From assembly GCF_009914755.1 (NCBI RefSeq), contig NC_060937.1: a DNA stretch of 64,000 nucleotides; one strand, 5' to 3'. Below the pieces are notes generated by a model that was not told the origin of the DNA, did no database searches, and was given only the letters and a program-made list of their open reading frames with translations. Shown piece after piece: positions 31,721-44,845 of this stretch; the stretch's first letter is position 1, and each line of letters opens with the position of its first letter. The position numbers and the translations under genes are program-made. The stretch comes from the human T2T-CHM13v2.0 reference genome, Homo sapiens.

Positions 31721-33645
31721 AACAGAAGTCTCTCTCTCTGTCTCATGAGCAATATATTTTTGCTGGCTTTTTGTTGTTGTTGTTAACTTAAGAAGTTAAT
31801 TTAATAGCAAGACCTTCCATCCAGTTAACCGAGATGCTTTGAAGCGTGATGGCTGGCTGACTGTGTATATATAGCTCTTACTGCTTCTTTTTAGGCCTGA
31901 TTGTTTTGAAATAACCTAGTTTTAATATTTTCAGAAAAAATCCATGTTATGATACAGTTATTCAATATTGAATTATTATTGAAATCTGGGCATTTCTCCT
32001 TATGTGACCTTTGTTCAGTTAAAGTGTCTTTATTTGTACTTAACTTTTTTCCATATCCTCAAATACCTTTATAGAATTCTCTTAATCGTATCCTATTTAA
32101 AATATGCTCAAGAGAAAATTTATAATGGTATTTACATTTCATATGATTTACTATTCTTTTTAGGTACTTTATATAAAATATTTCTAATTTTTATCCATCA
32201 CATTTTAAACTTGATAGAATTTTTCAGGGTTGCAATGAAACCCATTTTCTGTTTGCCATCCAACAAGAAAGGAAAACAGGAAGAAAAAGTAAGCTATCAA
32301 GGTTCAGAAAAATCTGATGTTAAGCCTGGTTATCCGTTATTTTTCTTTTGAGAGTTTCTGTTTTTAAATTATAGAAACAATAATCATTGTGCTTTAAATG
32401 CCTGTCAGGTGTAAAATCTAGAATCCATTAACAAACAGAACAGGTTTGAACATGTGCACTTATGAGAATAATTTTAAAAATGTTATATAATTTACAACCA
32501 TCTCCTCTAAAACTGCCAAAATAACCAAAAATTATTTTACCGATTTATGAAAAATATTATAATCATTTTATCCATCATCATTCACAAAATTGTATTATAA
32601 TAACTTCATTAAGGAAAGCACTTGCTGATTCACATCAGTTTAGGAAATCTTATACTTGCTACTTTTTTCCTTGACTTGGTTTAAATAGCACTTAGCTTGG
32701 TGTACTCTGCAATATACTCAGGAGGAATTGCTAAAGTGCTAAAATATTCATGTTTTGATGCATTGCACTTATTCCTCAGTGCCTTCTCAGTTTTGTAAGA
32801 ACAAACCTAAAAGTAGCTATAGAAGTATCAGCAGTATCAGGTCTGTCAAAATAAACTTTATAAATGGAGTGTTTAGGAACATTCTGATGAGTTTGCCAAA
32901 AAATACCCTACTGGAACTAACAAACTTGGTAAATGTCTTAGACTTATAGAACACATAGAAAAATAAAAGGTTATGATTTTAATAGTTGTAGCCATGTAAT
33001 AATGTATATATTGGGGTACAATGTTTGGAAAATTATTTCTACTTATAAGGTTATTGAAATGTAAGTTATTATACTGTATTCAAGCACCATGTCCATATGA
33101 CTCTGAAAAACAAAATAAATTAACATGAAAATTAATGGGATTTGGATTACATTTTTCTTTCTTCAATTAGTATACATGTTGATAAAACTTCTTAGATGTT
33201 TGGTAATTAAATGTATTTTGTATCAATATGTTAAAAATTTACAGCCAAAAACATACAGAAATCGTTTAAGTGGTGAGGATATAAATACACTAGTTCTCTA
33301 TAACTATAAGGGTTTAGATAATATTAACCATAAGCTACTATATCTAAATTTCATCTAGTCATAGAAAACCTCAAATAGCAGTGTCTTGGAAACTTTTCCA
33401 ACACTATACTTACAGAAGGGTGATGTTTAAAATTGTTCTAGGAAATTCTGCTTTAATTCACCTTTTGTAACATAATTGTCAAAAACTTTCAGTATTTTTG
33501 CTACTTTGAGTGTAGTTATATTTTTAATTAAATACAACACATTCACCCCCACCACAAATACAAACACGATTACTCACTGAGCATATTTTAAGTAGGTATA
33601 ATTTTTCTTTTACCTCATGGTCAGTCACTGAATCTTATAAATATG

Positions 33646-35915
33646 TGTATTAGTCTGTTCTCATGCTGCTAATAAAAAAAGCATTCCTGAGACTGTATAA
33701 TTTATAAAAGAAAGCGGTTTAACTCACAGTTCCACATGGCTGGGGAGACCATGCAATCATGGCAGAAGGCAAATGAAGAGCAAAGTCACATCTTACATGA
33801 AGGCAGGCAAGAGAGAGTGTGCAGGGGAACTCCCCTTATAAAACCATCAGATCCCAGGAGACTTATTCATTTTCACAAGAACAGCCCCTGTGGATCATTA
33901 CCTCCTACACAGTCCTTCCCATGACATATGGGAATTATGGGAGCTACAAATCAAAACGAGATTTGTGTGGGGACACAGCCAAACCACATCATTCTTTCCA
34001 TGGCCCCTCCCAAGTCTCATGTCCTAACACTTCAAAACAAATCATGTCTTCCCAACAGTCTCCCAAAGTCTTAATTAATTTCAGCATTAATTCAAAAGTC
34101 CACAGTCCAAAGTCTCACCTGAGAAAAGGCAAATCCCTTCAACCTATGAGCCTATAAAATCAGAAGCAAGTTTGTTACTTCCTAGATACAATGGAGGTAC
34201 AGGCATTGGGTAAATAAACCTGTTCCAAGTGGGAGAAATTGGCCAAAATGAAGGGACTACAGGACCCATGCAAATCCAAAATCCAGTGGGGCAGTCAAAT
34301 CTTAAAGCTCCAAAATGATCTCCTTTGACTCCATGTCTCTCATCCAGGTCATGCTGATGCGAAAGATAGATTCCCATGGTCTTGGACTGCTCCTCCCCTG
34401 TGGCTTCACAGGGTACAGCCCCACTCCTGTCTACTTTCACAGGCTGGTGTTGAGTGTCTGTGGCTTTTCCAGGTGCACAGTTCAATCTGTCAGTGGATCT
34501 GCCATTCTGGGTTCTGGAGGATGGTGGCCCTCTTCTCACAGCTCCACTAGGCAGTACCCCAGTGAGAACCTTGTGAGGGGGTCCCACCCACATTTCCCTT
34601 CCACACTGCCCTAGCAGAGGTTCTCCATGAGGGCTCCATCCCTTCAGCACACCTCTACCTGGATATCCAGACATTTCTATGCATCCTGTGAAATCTAAGC
34701 AGAGGTTCCCAAACCTCAATTCTTGACTTCTGTGTACTCGCAGGCTCAACACCACGTGGAAGCTTTCAAGGCTTGGGGCTTGCACCCTCTGAAGCCATGG
34801 CCTGAGCTGTACATTGTCTCCTTTTAGCTATGGCTGGGATGCAGGGCACCAAGTCTTGAGACTGCACAAAGCAGCAAGGCCCTGGGTCTGGCCCACAAAA
34901 CCATTTTTCTCCCGCTAGGCCTCGGGGCCTATGATGGTGGGGCTGCTGTGAAGATCTCTGACATGCCCTGGAGACATTTTCCCCATTGGCTTGGCAATTA
35001 ACATTTGGCTCCTTGTTACTTATGCAGATTTCTGCAGCAGGCTTGAATTCCTCTTCAGAAAATGAGTTTTTCTTTTCTATTGCATCACCAGACTGCAAAT
35101 TATCTGAACTTTTATGTTCCACTCCCTTTTTAAACATAAGTGTCTCCTTCAAACCATATCTTTGTGATTATGTAAAACTGAATGCTTTCAACAGCACCCA
35201 AATCAACTCTTAAATGCTTTGCTGCTTAGAAATTTCTTCCAGCAGAAACCCTGCATATTCTTTCTCAAGTTCAAAGTTCCAAAGATCTCTAGACAGAGGT
35301 AAAGTGCCACCAGTCTCTTTGCTAAAACATAGCAAGAATCACCATTATTCAAGTTCCCAAGAAGTTCCTCATCTCCACCTGAGATGAGTAGCATTTTGTC
35401 AAAGTCATCCAATAAGTATCTAGGAAGTTCCAAACTTTATCCCACTTTTCTGTTTTCTTCTGAGCCATCCAAACTCTTCCAATCTCTGTCTGTTACATAG
35501 TTCCAAAGTTGCTTCCACATTTACAGGTATCTTTACAGCAGCACCCCACTCCTGGCACCAATTGACTGTGTTAGTCTGTACTCACACTGCTAATAAAGAT
35601 TTACCTGAGGCTACATAATCTATACAGGAAAGAGGTTTAATTGACTCACAGTTCCATATGGCAGGGGAGACCTCACAATCATGGTGGAAGGCAAATGAGG
35701 AGCAAAGTCACGTCTTATCTGGCAGGAAGCAAGAGAGTGTGTAGGTGAACTCCCCTTTATAAAACCATCAGATCTCATGAGACTTATTCATTATCATAAA
35801 AACAGCACAGGAAAGACCTACCCCCATGATTCAGTTACCTCCCACATGACATGTGGGAATTATGGGAGCTAAAATCAAGAGGATATTTGGATGGGGACAC
35901 AGGCAAACCACATCA
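33646..35915 (-). mobile_element. full THE1 (THE1C-like) MaLR provirus: LTR 33646-33991, internal 33992-35566, LTR 35567-35915
   Basis: Two ~350-bp direct LTRs (tgt.ttagtc...aaaccacatca) flanking THE1-int sequence. Confidence 0.95.
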
Positions 35916-36299
35916 ACATAATTCCTTAATATTGATTTAATCCATTATTTATTCATGTATTAAACTGTTCTTAATTTTTTCTTTTGATATCTTTAGTGAA
36001 TACTTTGAGCTGATAATTTAAAATATCTTTTAAAAAATTTCACCAATTAGCTTCACAAATTTTATCAATAAATGTTATTACCTCACAAGTTAAAAGGCAA
36101 TCACTGAGTATAAAGGATGTTTGCATTATTTAAGTAGTAAATATTTATATAGTATAACTACTATATATGCATTTATTTATCATCTATTTAGCTACATCAA
36201 TGTATCTAATGATGTAGTACATCACTGCTATCTTTTTAGATACTTCAGTGACTTTGACGTTTTTATATCCCCAGCAAATTTTTGGCTTTTCTCTTGAAC

Positions 36300-36925
36300 A
36301 GTGTTTGTTATTGCCTGTCGTTTGTTACAAGCCATTTTAACTGGGATGAGATGATATATTATTAAAGTTTTGATTTGCATTTATCTGATGTATTAGTCCA
36401 TTTTCACACTGCTGATAAAGACATATCCTAGACTAGGTAATTTATAAAGGAAAGAGATTTAATTGGCTAACAGTTCCACATGGCTGGGGAGGCCTCACAA
36501 TCATGGTGGAAGGCAAGAAGGAGCAAAGTTACATCTTACATGGCATCAGGCAAAGAGAGAATGAGAGTCAAGTGAAAGGGAAACCCCTTTTCAAACCATC
36601 AAATCTCATGAGACTTATTCACTACCCCAAGAACAGTATGGGGGAAAAACGTCATGATTCAATTATCTCCCACTGGGTAACTCTCACAACACATGGGAAT
36701 TATGGAAACTATAATTCAAGATGAGATTTGGGTGGGGACACAGAGCCAAACAATATCATCTGATAATCAGTGATGTTGAGCACCTTTCATATGCCTGTTT
36801 GCCATTTGTATGTCTTCTTTTGAGAAAAATCTTTTCAAATTGTTTGCCCTTTTTAAAAAGTCATGTGATTAGATTTTTTCCTATACAGTTGTTTGAGCTC
36901 TTTATATATTCTGGTTATTATTCTG
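36300..36925 (-). mobile_element. L1MA-type ORF2 fragment interrupted by a THE1 LTR
   Basis: gccattttaactgggatgagatgata...tgatttgcattt|tgataatcagtgatgttgagcacc. Confidence 0.8.
36389..36758 (-). mobile_element. THE1B/C solo LTR
   Basis: tgtattagtccattttcacactgctgataaagaca...gccaaacaatatca; perfect 5-bp TSD tctga. Confidence 0.95.
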
Positions 36926-37611
36926 TTTCGCAGGAATGTAAAATTAGCTGGGGACTGCTCAAAGATTATTTTTTAAGGATTGCTGAAAAACTATGCATGT
37001 GTCTCTTGTGAATATTTTATGCGTATTTACAAGTGCAGCATATAAAAATATTACTTGACAAGGTGTTACATTACTGACAAAGGACTCCTGTAATTCAAAG
37101 ACAATCACCTATAATAAGCTGCTGATATCTAGATTCACCAGTAGTTGAAAATGAGGTAAAGGATCTTTGTTGACTGCAAAAAGGAACAGCATCTATTGTT
37201 GATGATAAATCATTGTGTCTGTATGCTTGTGCAAAATATAGTATGTATATATCTTTCATTAAATTTTTGGGACTCCATCATTATTTTCTAAGTTTAGATA
37301 GCACTTTTAGAACTTTACTATCATGTGCTTTTTGTTTCTGGTTTTTCTTCTCTCCTCCATACTGTAATATTATGCATTTTTCTTCTCTCTTTTTCCACAA
37401 TATCAACTGAGTGAAAAAAGTGGGTTAAAGTAAAATCACAGTTGGTAGAAAATAAAGTAAAAATAGAAAATAGTACTGAAATATACAAGCACATATACTC
37501 ATACAATGGGATATTTTATTTGTATTGGACTGATTACCTTACTGGAAGGGACTGTATTTTGTGGAAGGTTTGATAAACTTGGTGATTGTTTGTACTCTTG
37601 CTACAAATCAT

Positions 37612-39167
37612 TGTTGGCAATGTAAGCCCTTCTGAAGCAGCTGCTGGGGAGTCGTCTGCTGCAGCAAGGGGGTGGGGGTGAGGCTGAAGCCATGTGCTAC
37701 ATGGGTCTGGCAGGAGCAGGATACAGGTGACAGCCCCACCCCCTATGAGTTGGCAGGACTCCCCTGTCTCCCAGGTGCAGCTGCAGCAGCCCAGGCATAG
37801 ATCCAGACCCGGGTGCCCCTGTGCTCTAAGAGGTTTGGGAAGTCCCTGGTCCTGAAGGTTCTGAAGTGCCTACTCCCACTCTCTGGCCTCTCCCCAACCC
37901 CAAGTGCCCACTCCTGTGCTGAGCAAAGTTTTGGCCTAGCCCGGGCACTGTCTTGACCTGGTTGGGTGTGTGTGTACTTGGGTCAGTGCTGACACCCCAG
38001 CCCCCTACTGCCTCAGCCACCTTCAGACTTTGGACACTAACGAACATGGGAGGGATGCTGGGTAAGGGCTGAGGGCAGCTTGGTGTGGGCCAGCAGGCAC
38101 CCCTTGGCCTGAACTGCCTGGGCACCTGGACAACATGTTGATGGCAGGAGGCAGACAGGTTCCTGGGTGGAAAGGGGTGGGTCCCTCGTGAAATCCAACC
38201 TTCAAGACAGGGATGGCCTGAAGCCCGGGGGCCAGGCTGCCAGCTCTGGGTGGAGACTGCAGCTGGGAGTGAGAACTTATGGTGCTTTTTAGGGGCCCAC
38301 CCATGGGCCAATCAGCATGCACTTCCTCCCTCTGAGCCCATAGAATTGATTCAGCCAGACTCAGAAAGATGTCAGGACTACCAGCTGAGGGTGGAACTAC
38401 CCACTTCTAGTCTCCCTGACAGTGGGAGACCACTGGTCTCCTCTCCACTGAGAGCTGTACACTCATTGGGATGACCTGCCTGCAGAAAGGAGCTACCTAA
38501 AAAGGAGCTACCCACTTTGGGTCTCCTGAGAGCTGTTCTGTCGCTCAATGAAAGCTCCTCTCCACCTTACTCACCTTCCAGTCATCTGCATACCTCATTC
38601 TTCCTGGACATGGGACAAGAACTGGGAGACCACTGAATGGCAGGACTGAAAGAGGCGTAACACAAACAGAGCTGAAACACTTCCCCCACTTGTCGTGTTG
38701 TGGGTGATAAGGAGAGAAGGGCTGTGGCCCTTAGAGAAGCCCAGACCTAGGGAACCTCCAAGCCAGGGCTGTGACACCCTCTTTACGGCTCTGCAGTTCC
38801 TGGCCTCTCCAAGCTTCTGGGCACCACCAGGTTTCCTCATACCCACAGTGGAAGACACTTGCGTTACACCTGGTCCAGCCGCAGCCTCACACAGGGCCAG
38901 CATCTGTATTGGTGCTTGGAGCTCCCTGCCCTGTGGCAGACGGCACTCCTGGCTGTGCACAGTGGCCAGACCCTGTGCTCATTCACACTCGCCTTACTGC
39001 TCTGTGCCGGCTTGCCCTTGGTAGACATAGGATCTCTGCAGGTAGTGCGAGCTGAGTGCAGCCTGTGGGGCTGAGTGGGTGGAATGAGCCTAGCAAGCCC
39101 CAACAAAAGCACCCTTGGCCACAGAGTTTTCCAGCCAGAAAAGTGACACCCTAAGGATCCTGTGACA
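37612..39167 (+). mobile_element. MER52A-like ERV1 solo LTR
   Basis: GC-rich 1.55 kb, TG...CA, ends ccagaaaagtgacaccctaaggatcctgtgaca; perfect 4-bp TSD tcat. Confidence 0.9.
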
Positions 39168-39584
39168 TCATTGTGAGAGAAAAGTTCTTAAAATATAGTA
39201 ATTTTGTGTGTTTTTTTCTCATAAAACAAACCACCACAATAAAAACAGGGCCCCAAATTCAAGAGGAAACTCAAAAACATATTAGTAAACACACACGTAA
39301 CTCATGCTGCTGCAGCAGTGGGTGAAGAAGGAGATTTGCTTCTCTAGGGACTGTATAGATGAGATTTTAACACCTGTGCAATGTCAGGAGATGCAGCTCT
39401 CTCCTTATGTATGTCCTAGAGCTGGAAAATTTTAAATTTGTCTGAAAGGGATTTTTAAGAAAAGAGAATATAGAATACACAGAGGTACTGTTTTTCAACG
39501 CTTTCCAAAAGTTGATCATGACTTTTTAGTTAATTGGAATACCGTCTTCTCATTGTTGAAGTGAAGAATTTGTAGTCATTTTTA

Positions 39585-41600
39585 ACTTCTCCCTTCCACT
39601 CAAATACCTCATCCAATAAGTCAGCAAATCCAATATGTCAGTATATAGATTTTACTTTTAAAATATATCCAAGATCTCACCACATTTTACTGCTTCCAAC
39701 TCTAACACCCCAGAATTAGCTCATATCATTTGTCACCAGACAAATGACCTTCATGCTTCTATCCAATCTCCCTGCACTGTCTCCTCAACAGGGTAGTCAA
39801 AATCTTACTCCTCTGTTTAAAATACAGTCATATGTCAATTAACAAAGGGACACTTCCTAAGAAATGCATATTTAAGTAATCACCTGAATTCTATAATCAT
39901 TGTTTGTGTGAATATCATAGAGTGTACTGACAGAAACCTAGATGGGCTAGCCTACTCCATGCCTAGGCTACATGGTATAGCCTATTGCTTCTAGGCTGCA
40001 AAACTGTACAGAATCTTACTGTACAGAATACAGCAGGGAATTATAACACAATGATAAGTATTTGTGTATTTAAGCACACATTAGCATAGAATAGGTATAG
40101 TAAAAATCTGTTTAAAAAGATTTAAAAATGGTACACTTACCATGAATAAAGCTTGCAGAAAATGGAAGTTGCTCTGTATGAGTTGGTGAGTGAGTGTCTA
40201 TGAATGTGAAGGCTTAGGATATTACTGTACACTACTGTAGAGTTTATAAACCCTATACCATTCGCTACCCTGAATTTATTTAAAAAGACATTTTTTCTTC
40301 TTCAATAATTAATTAGCCTTAGCTTATTATAACTTTTTTACTTTATAAATTTGAAATAAAAAAAAATTTGATTCTTTGGTAATAATGCAAAACACAAACA
40401 CATTGTACAGCTGTACAAAATATTTCTTTCTGCATGCCTGTATTCTATAAACATTTTCCTCTTTAGCACAAATTATTTTAATTAAAAACAAAGACATGAA
40501 CACAGACATTAGCCTAGGCCTACAAGATCATTAATACATTTGTCTACGCTTCCACATCTTGTCTCACTTAAAGGTCTTCAGGGGCAATAACATACATGGT
40601 GCTGTTATCTCCATGATAACAGTGCCTTCTCCTGGAATATATCCTGAAGGACCTGCCTGTGGCCGTTTTACAGTTAACATTTTTTTAATAAGTAGAAGGA
40701 ATACAATCTAAAATAATGATAAATGGTATAATATAGTAAGTGCATAAACTAGTGACAGTCGTTTATTATCATTACCAAGCATTATGTACTATACAGAATT
40801 GTATGTACTATACTTTTCTATGATTGGCAGTGTGGTATGTTTGTTTATACCAGTATCACCACAGACATGTGAGTAATGCATTGGGCTACAATGTTAAGAC
40901 AGCTACGACATCAATAGGCCCTAGGAATTTTTCAGCTTCATGTTAATCTTAAGGGACCACCATCATATGTGCAGTCTGTCCTTTACCAAAACATTGTATG
41001 CAGCACGTTGCTGTAAATGCCAAGGGTCCCCATGGGTTCTCTAAAATTATTTACAATTGCCAGGAAAAGTCTTTAAAATGGCCAAGGCCTTACCTGACTT
41101 GGCTGTTTGTTATTCTCTCTGCATCCTCAATTGTCCTCCTCTCATTCAACTCACTTCCTCTGCAATAGATTCTTTTCTTTTTCTATAACACACAGATATC
41201 CTTCTGCCTCAGGGCCTTTGCACCCATTGATGCACTAGCATGAGAAAGCCTTACCTCCAGATATCCATCTTGCTTTCTCTTTCATGGTTTAATCCACTTT
41301 CTCAAATTTGGCCTTTTCAGGCTACCTGAATGAAAACTTTATTATCTCAACTCCAGGACTCATTATTCTAATTCTCTTTCTCATCTTTTAGCATCTAAAT
41401 ATTCCATGTGAATATGTAAAGTATTTAATTATTTTCTTTATTTCTTGTTTTCCCTCACTATTAAATTTTTGTGGGAAAGAATTTTTGATTTTTCACTTAT
41501 TTGTGTGCATATGTATATTTTAAAAACTGCTTGGAGCTCAGACCAGAGCCTGACACAGAGTAGGTACTCAATGAATTCTTGTTAAAAATTAGTAATCAGA
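39585..41600 (+). mobile_element. L2 3' region interrupted by Tigger3
   Basis: ctgcctcagggcctttgcac; gcctgacacagagtaggtactcaatgaa. Confidence 0.75.
39825..41013. mobile_element. Tigger3 (Tigger3b-size) DNA transposon
   Basis: ta|cagtcatatgtc...gcagcacgttgctg|ta; TA TSD; internal gctacatggtatagcctattgct.ctaggct. Confidence 0.9.
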
Positions 41601-42949
41601 CATTTTAGAAGTATTTTTACTCTTCTGTAAAAAAAATTCGGAACCTGGTCAAAAGTAACAGGATAAAATATAGAACAAAATTTCAAAATTTACAGCTCTT
41701 CTATTCCTAAATTGAAAGCAAAATTTAGAAATTATCAATAAAATGTCTTCCACTTCACAGTTAGTTTTAAAAATTGCTAAATTGATATAACTAGATAAAT
41801 TGGTAAAATATTATAAAACTTTTTCTTTTACTATATAAAAAATTTAATTTTCAAATAAATAATTGGTATACTACCCCAAACACTTTAATACTAAAATGCA
41901 GCTTAAAACATCGAATCCTATTGAAAAATAGGTCTCATTGCATTTTTATAAACCATGAAAATTTGCTTCAATGCCTGAGTACAATCTACATACATCACCT
42001 ATTTTGAAGTTAATGAATGTATTAATCACATATAAGAGCGTAGTACTAGAGAAATACATAATCTCATTTTCTTTCATCTATGGGCAAAACGGTTGCCTTA
42101 TATATTATGAAGTGAGCACTCAATAAAGTGTCTATATGGATAAATCTTTGTAAACAGAAGTTCAGATGACTCCATTTACACGTTTCCAAAGTACCATGTT
42201 AGCAAAGACTAGCAGCATTTGGAGACTTTATTTTTTAAAGAGTCTCCTTGTGCATATCCAAGTGCGTTTGACTCTTGGCATGGCAGACAGGGGTCCTCTC
42301 TCTGCAGGAAATAAAAACTTTCTGAAATCTTTGTGCTCAATTGGAATCCTTCTGAGGAGTAATTCAACGCATCTTAGAAAATGAGGTAGGTGAACAGTCA
42401 TGATCCCCAAACATGAGTCGCAAAAAACAATATGAAATATTTAGAAAATATTTTTAAAATATTTGAATCCACAAAATTTCTAACTTTCAGAAATCAGTGA
42501 AAAGAACATTTGGAGACTTCAAATTTGTTGTTAGTATAATATTAATTACAATTGGGAGAAATACATCTAATATAGTAGGATAAAATAATTTAAAATTTGA
42601 CCAACAGAATGAGAAGTAAAATACAGAATGTTACGGTAAGCTTACCAAGAATTTCTATTCTTTAAATCTAGTGTATTTTAATAACATTAAAAATTTGGCA
42701 TATATTCATTCCATTGCACCAAAAGAATATATTTTGTAGCTGCCATATTATTATTTTTTATAAAGGATATATTTTAACCAGTAATTTGAAAGTTTACAAT
42801 TTTGATTCAAGGCCTGTGCTCCCTCCCACCCCACAAATGGAGGAAAACAAAAATAGTAATATATATTACAATTTTTTAAAGTTTTGAGATAATTATATGT
42901 TTTCATAAGTATAATTTAAGTTAACAAGATATGTCGCAATGATTATTTT

Positions 42950-44490
42950 TATTCTTTCAACAAATATTGATTGCATACCTACCATTGGAAATAGAATAAT
43001 GAGCACAATATTTGCTCGAACATAAGATACAGTCTAATAGGGAGAGAGACTGCTCAAATGTGATACATGCCTATGTAGCCTTATAACCTAAAATATATAT
43101 ATGTTATAAAAGATAGAAATATGATGCTATGAGAGAATACTGTATAACAGAGAAACTTACCTATAGGATGAAATACAAACTTTCATGACTATATTACAAC
43201 GGGAATCAGATTTATAGGTTTATACATGAATTTGGATAGGAAAAGGCCAATAGAATAAATAATCTTTCCTGAGATATAATGTGAGGCATTGTTTGTTACA
43301 GGGAACTGAAATTCAGCCAGTATGGCTGGAAATCAGAGGTTAAGGGAGAGCATACAAAGACTCTGAAGGAGTTAGAAAACTAAACAGGAACTTCTGGGTC
43401 ATATTTAAGAATGTAGTCTTCTCCTTAATTAAAAAGGAAGAGTCATTAAATCTATAAATTATAATGACAAGGCTACATTAGCATTTTAAAGTGACCATTC
43501 ATGATGTGGTTTGGGAAACATATTGGAGTAGATGGAGTAGATGAGAGTGAACACAATAAGTTAGGATGCTTTTGCTGGCTTTGGGTTGATAGTTAATGTT
43601 ACTTTAGATGACAAGAGTGGCAATAAATATGTAGATATGTGGTCATATATCAAAATATGTAAGATGTAAATTAATGACATAGTAATCAATTGTATATGGG
43701 TTGTGAGAAGCAAGATTGTATCATTAATGTATTCAATTAGCAAATACTAAATCTATACTATTTGCTACTTCAGTTATTGCTAATGAGAATAAGTGAATAA
43801 GACAAAGTCCATTTCCTCCTTCAAGTTACATTATTTAATAATTTTTCTGACCTTTGTAACTATAAGCATAAAGATGCCATTCACCCAAATAGTAATATGG
43901 ATCTTCTAGGTAAATCTAGGTAAATGTAAATATTTAGTTGAGTTTAGTAGGGAAAATCATGGATCAATGGTGAATTAGAATTGGAGTTGCCTTTACAATA
44001 TTCAAATACATGGGAAGTTTGATACTTCAGGCTATAATGCATAGAAGGCACATTTGCAAGGAGAAACACAATTTTTGGTCAGTGTTATGTAGAAAGCAAT
44101 TAAAACTGAGGTTGTAAATGACATTTTCTAGAAAGAGTTATAAAAGACGAGAAATGTGACAAGGATGTAATCATGAAGTCCCTGAATATTTCATTGTCAA
44201 ATAAATAAGATACTTCTCTGAAAGGAACTGGGATATTTCAGATTAGATAAAAGCTCAATGACTGAGACCTCAGGGATGCTTAGTTTGGTGAATATTATTA
44301 AGAAAGAGAAAGCTGTCTAGTGGAATGTTAGGCAAGATGAAGACTGAAAATAAAAATTCTTCACTGGATTTTTGAACATGGAGATCATTGGATTCATTGG
44401 TAACTACTGTTTTGTTGAACTAATGAACATAAAAGTCAGATTGGAATAAGATAAGAATAGTGGGAGTTGAGAAATGGAGGTTTGTATGAA
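42950..44490 (-). mobile_element. L2 fragments
   Basis: ttcaacaaatattgattgcatacctac...; aagatgaagactgaaaa...cactggattt...catggagatcattgg. Confidence 0.6.
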
Positions 44491-44759
44491 TAGACCTAAG
44501 GCACACAGCTCCATACATAGGGTATTCACATTTCACCGGTGAGGAAGTTGAACCCCAGAGTTGTTAGATACCTTACACATGACACAAAGAATTGCCAATA
44601 ATCAGATTGGAGTCTTATGTGCTTTATATACAAAATGAAAGAAGACATGTACATAATTTCAATTATTTCCAAATCATGACATCTACTTACTAATTTCTAA
44701 AAAATATCTGGCTGATTTATTTCATATTCTATCTCTGGGATAAGTAGTAAAACATAATA

Positions 44760-44845
44760 ATTATATATATATATGCATACGCATATTACATGTGTGTGTA
44801 TATGTGTAGGGGTGTGTATGTGGGTGCAAGGGTATGTGTGTATGG
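44760..44845. repeat. (TA)/(TG) simple repeat
   Basis: Direct read. Confidence 0.75.

Noticed and set aside
32004-33358. Hydrophobic I/L/F/Y-rich ORFs
   Set aside because: Composition follows from AT-rich DNA; no recognisable domain
34144-35433. 213-aa and neighbouring ORFs
   Set aside because: Lie in THE1 internal sequence; fragmented fossil MaLR frames with no intact retroviral domain
37826-39112. Overlapping ORFs and high GC suggesting a gene or CpG island
   Set aside because: Entirely within the TSD-bounded MER52 LTR; CpG-depleted; ORFs are a GC-content artefact
42636-42647. 12-bp palindrome ggtaagcttacc, donor-like on both strands
   Set aside because: Palindromes of this length are expected by chance in 64 kb; no supporting exon
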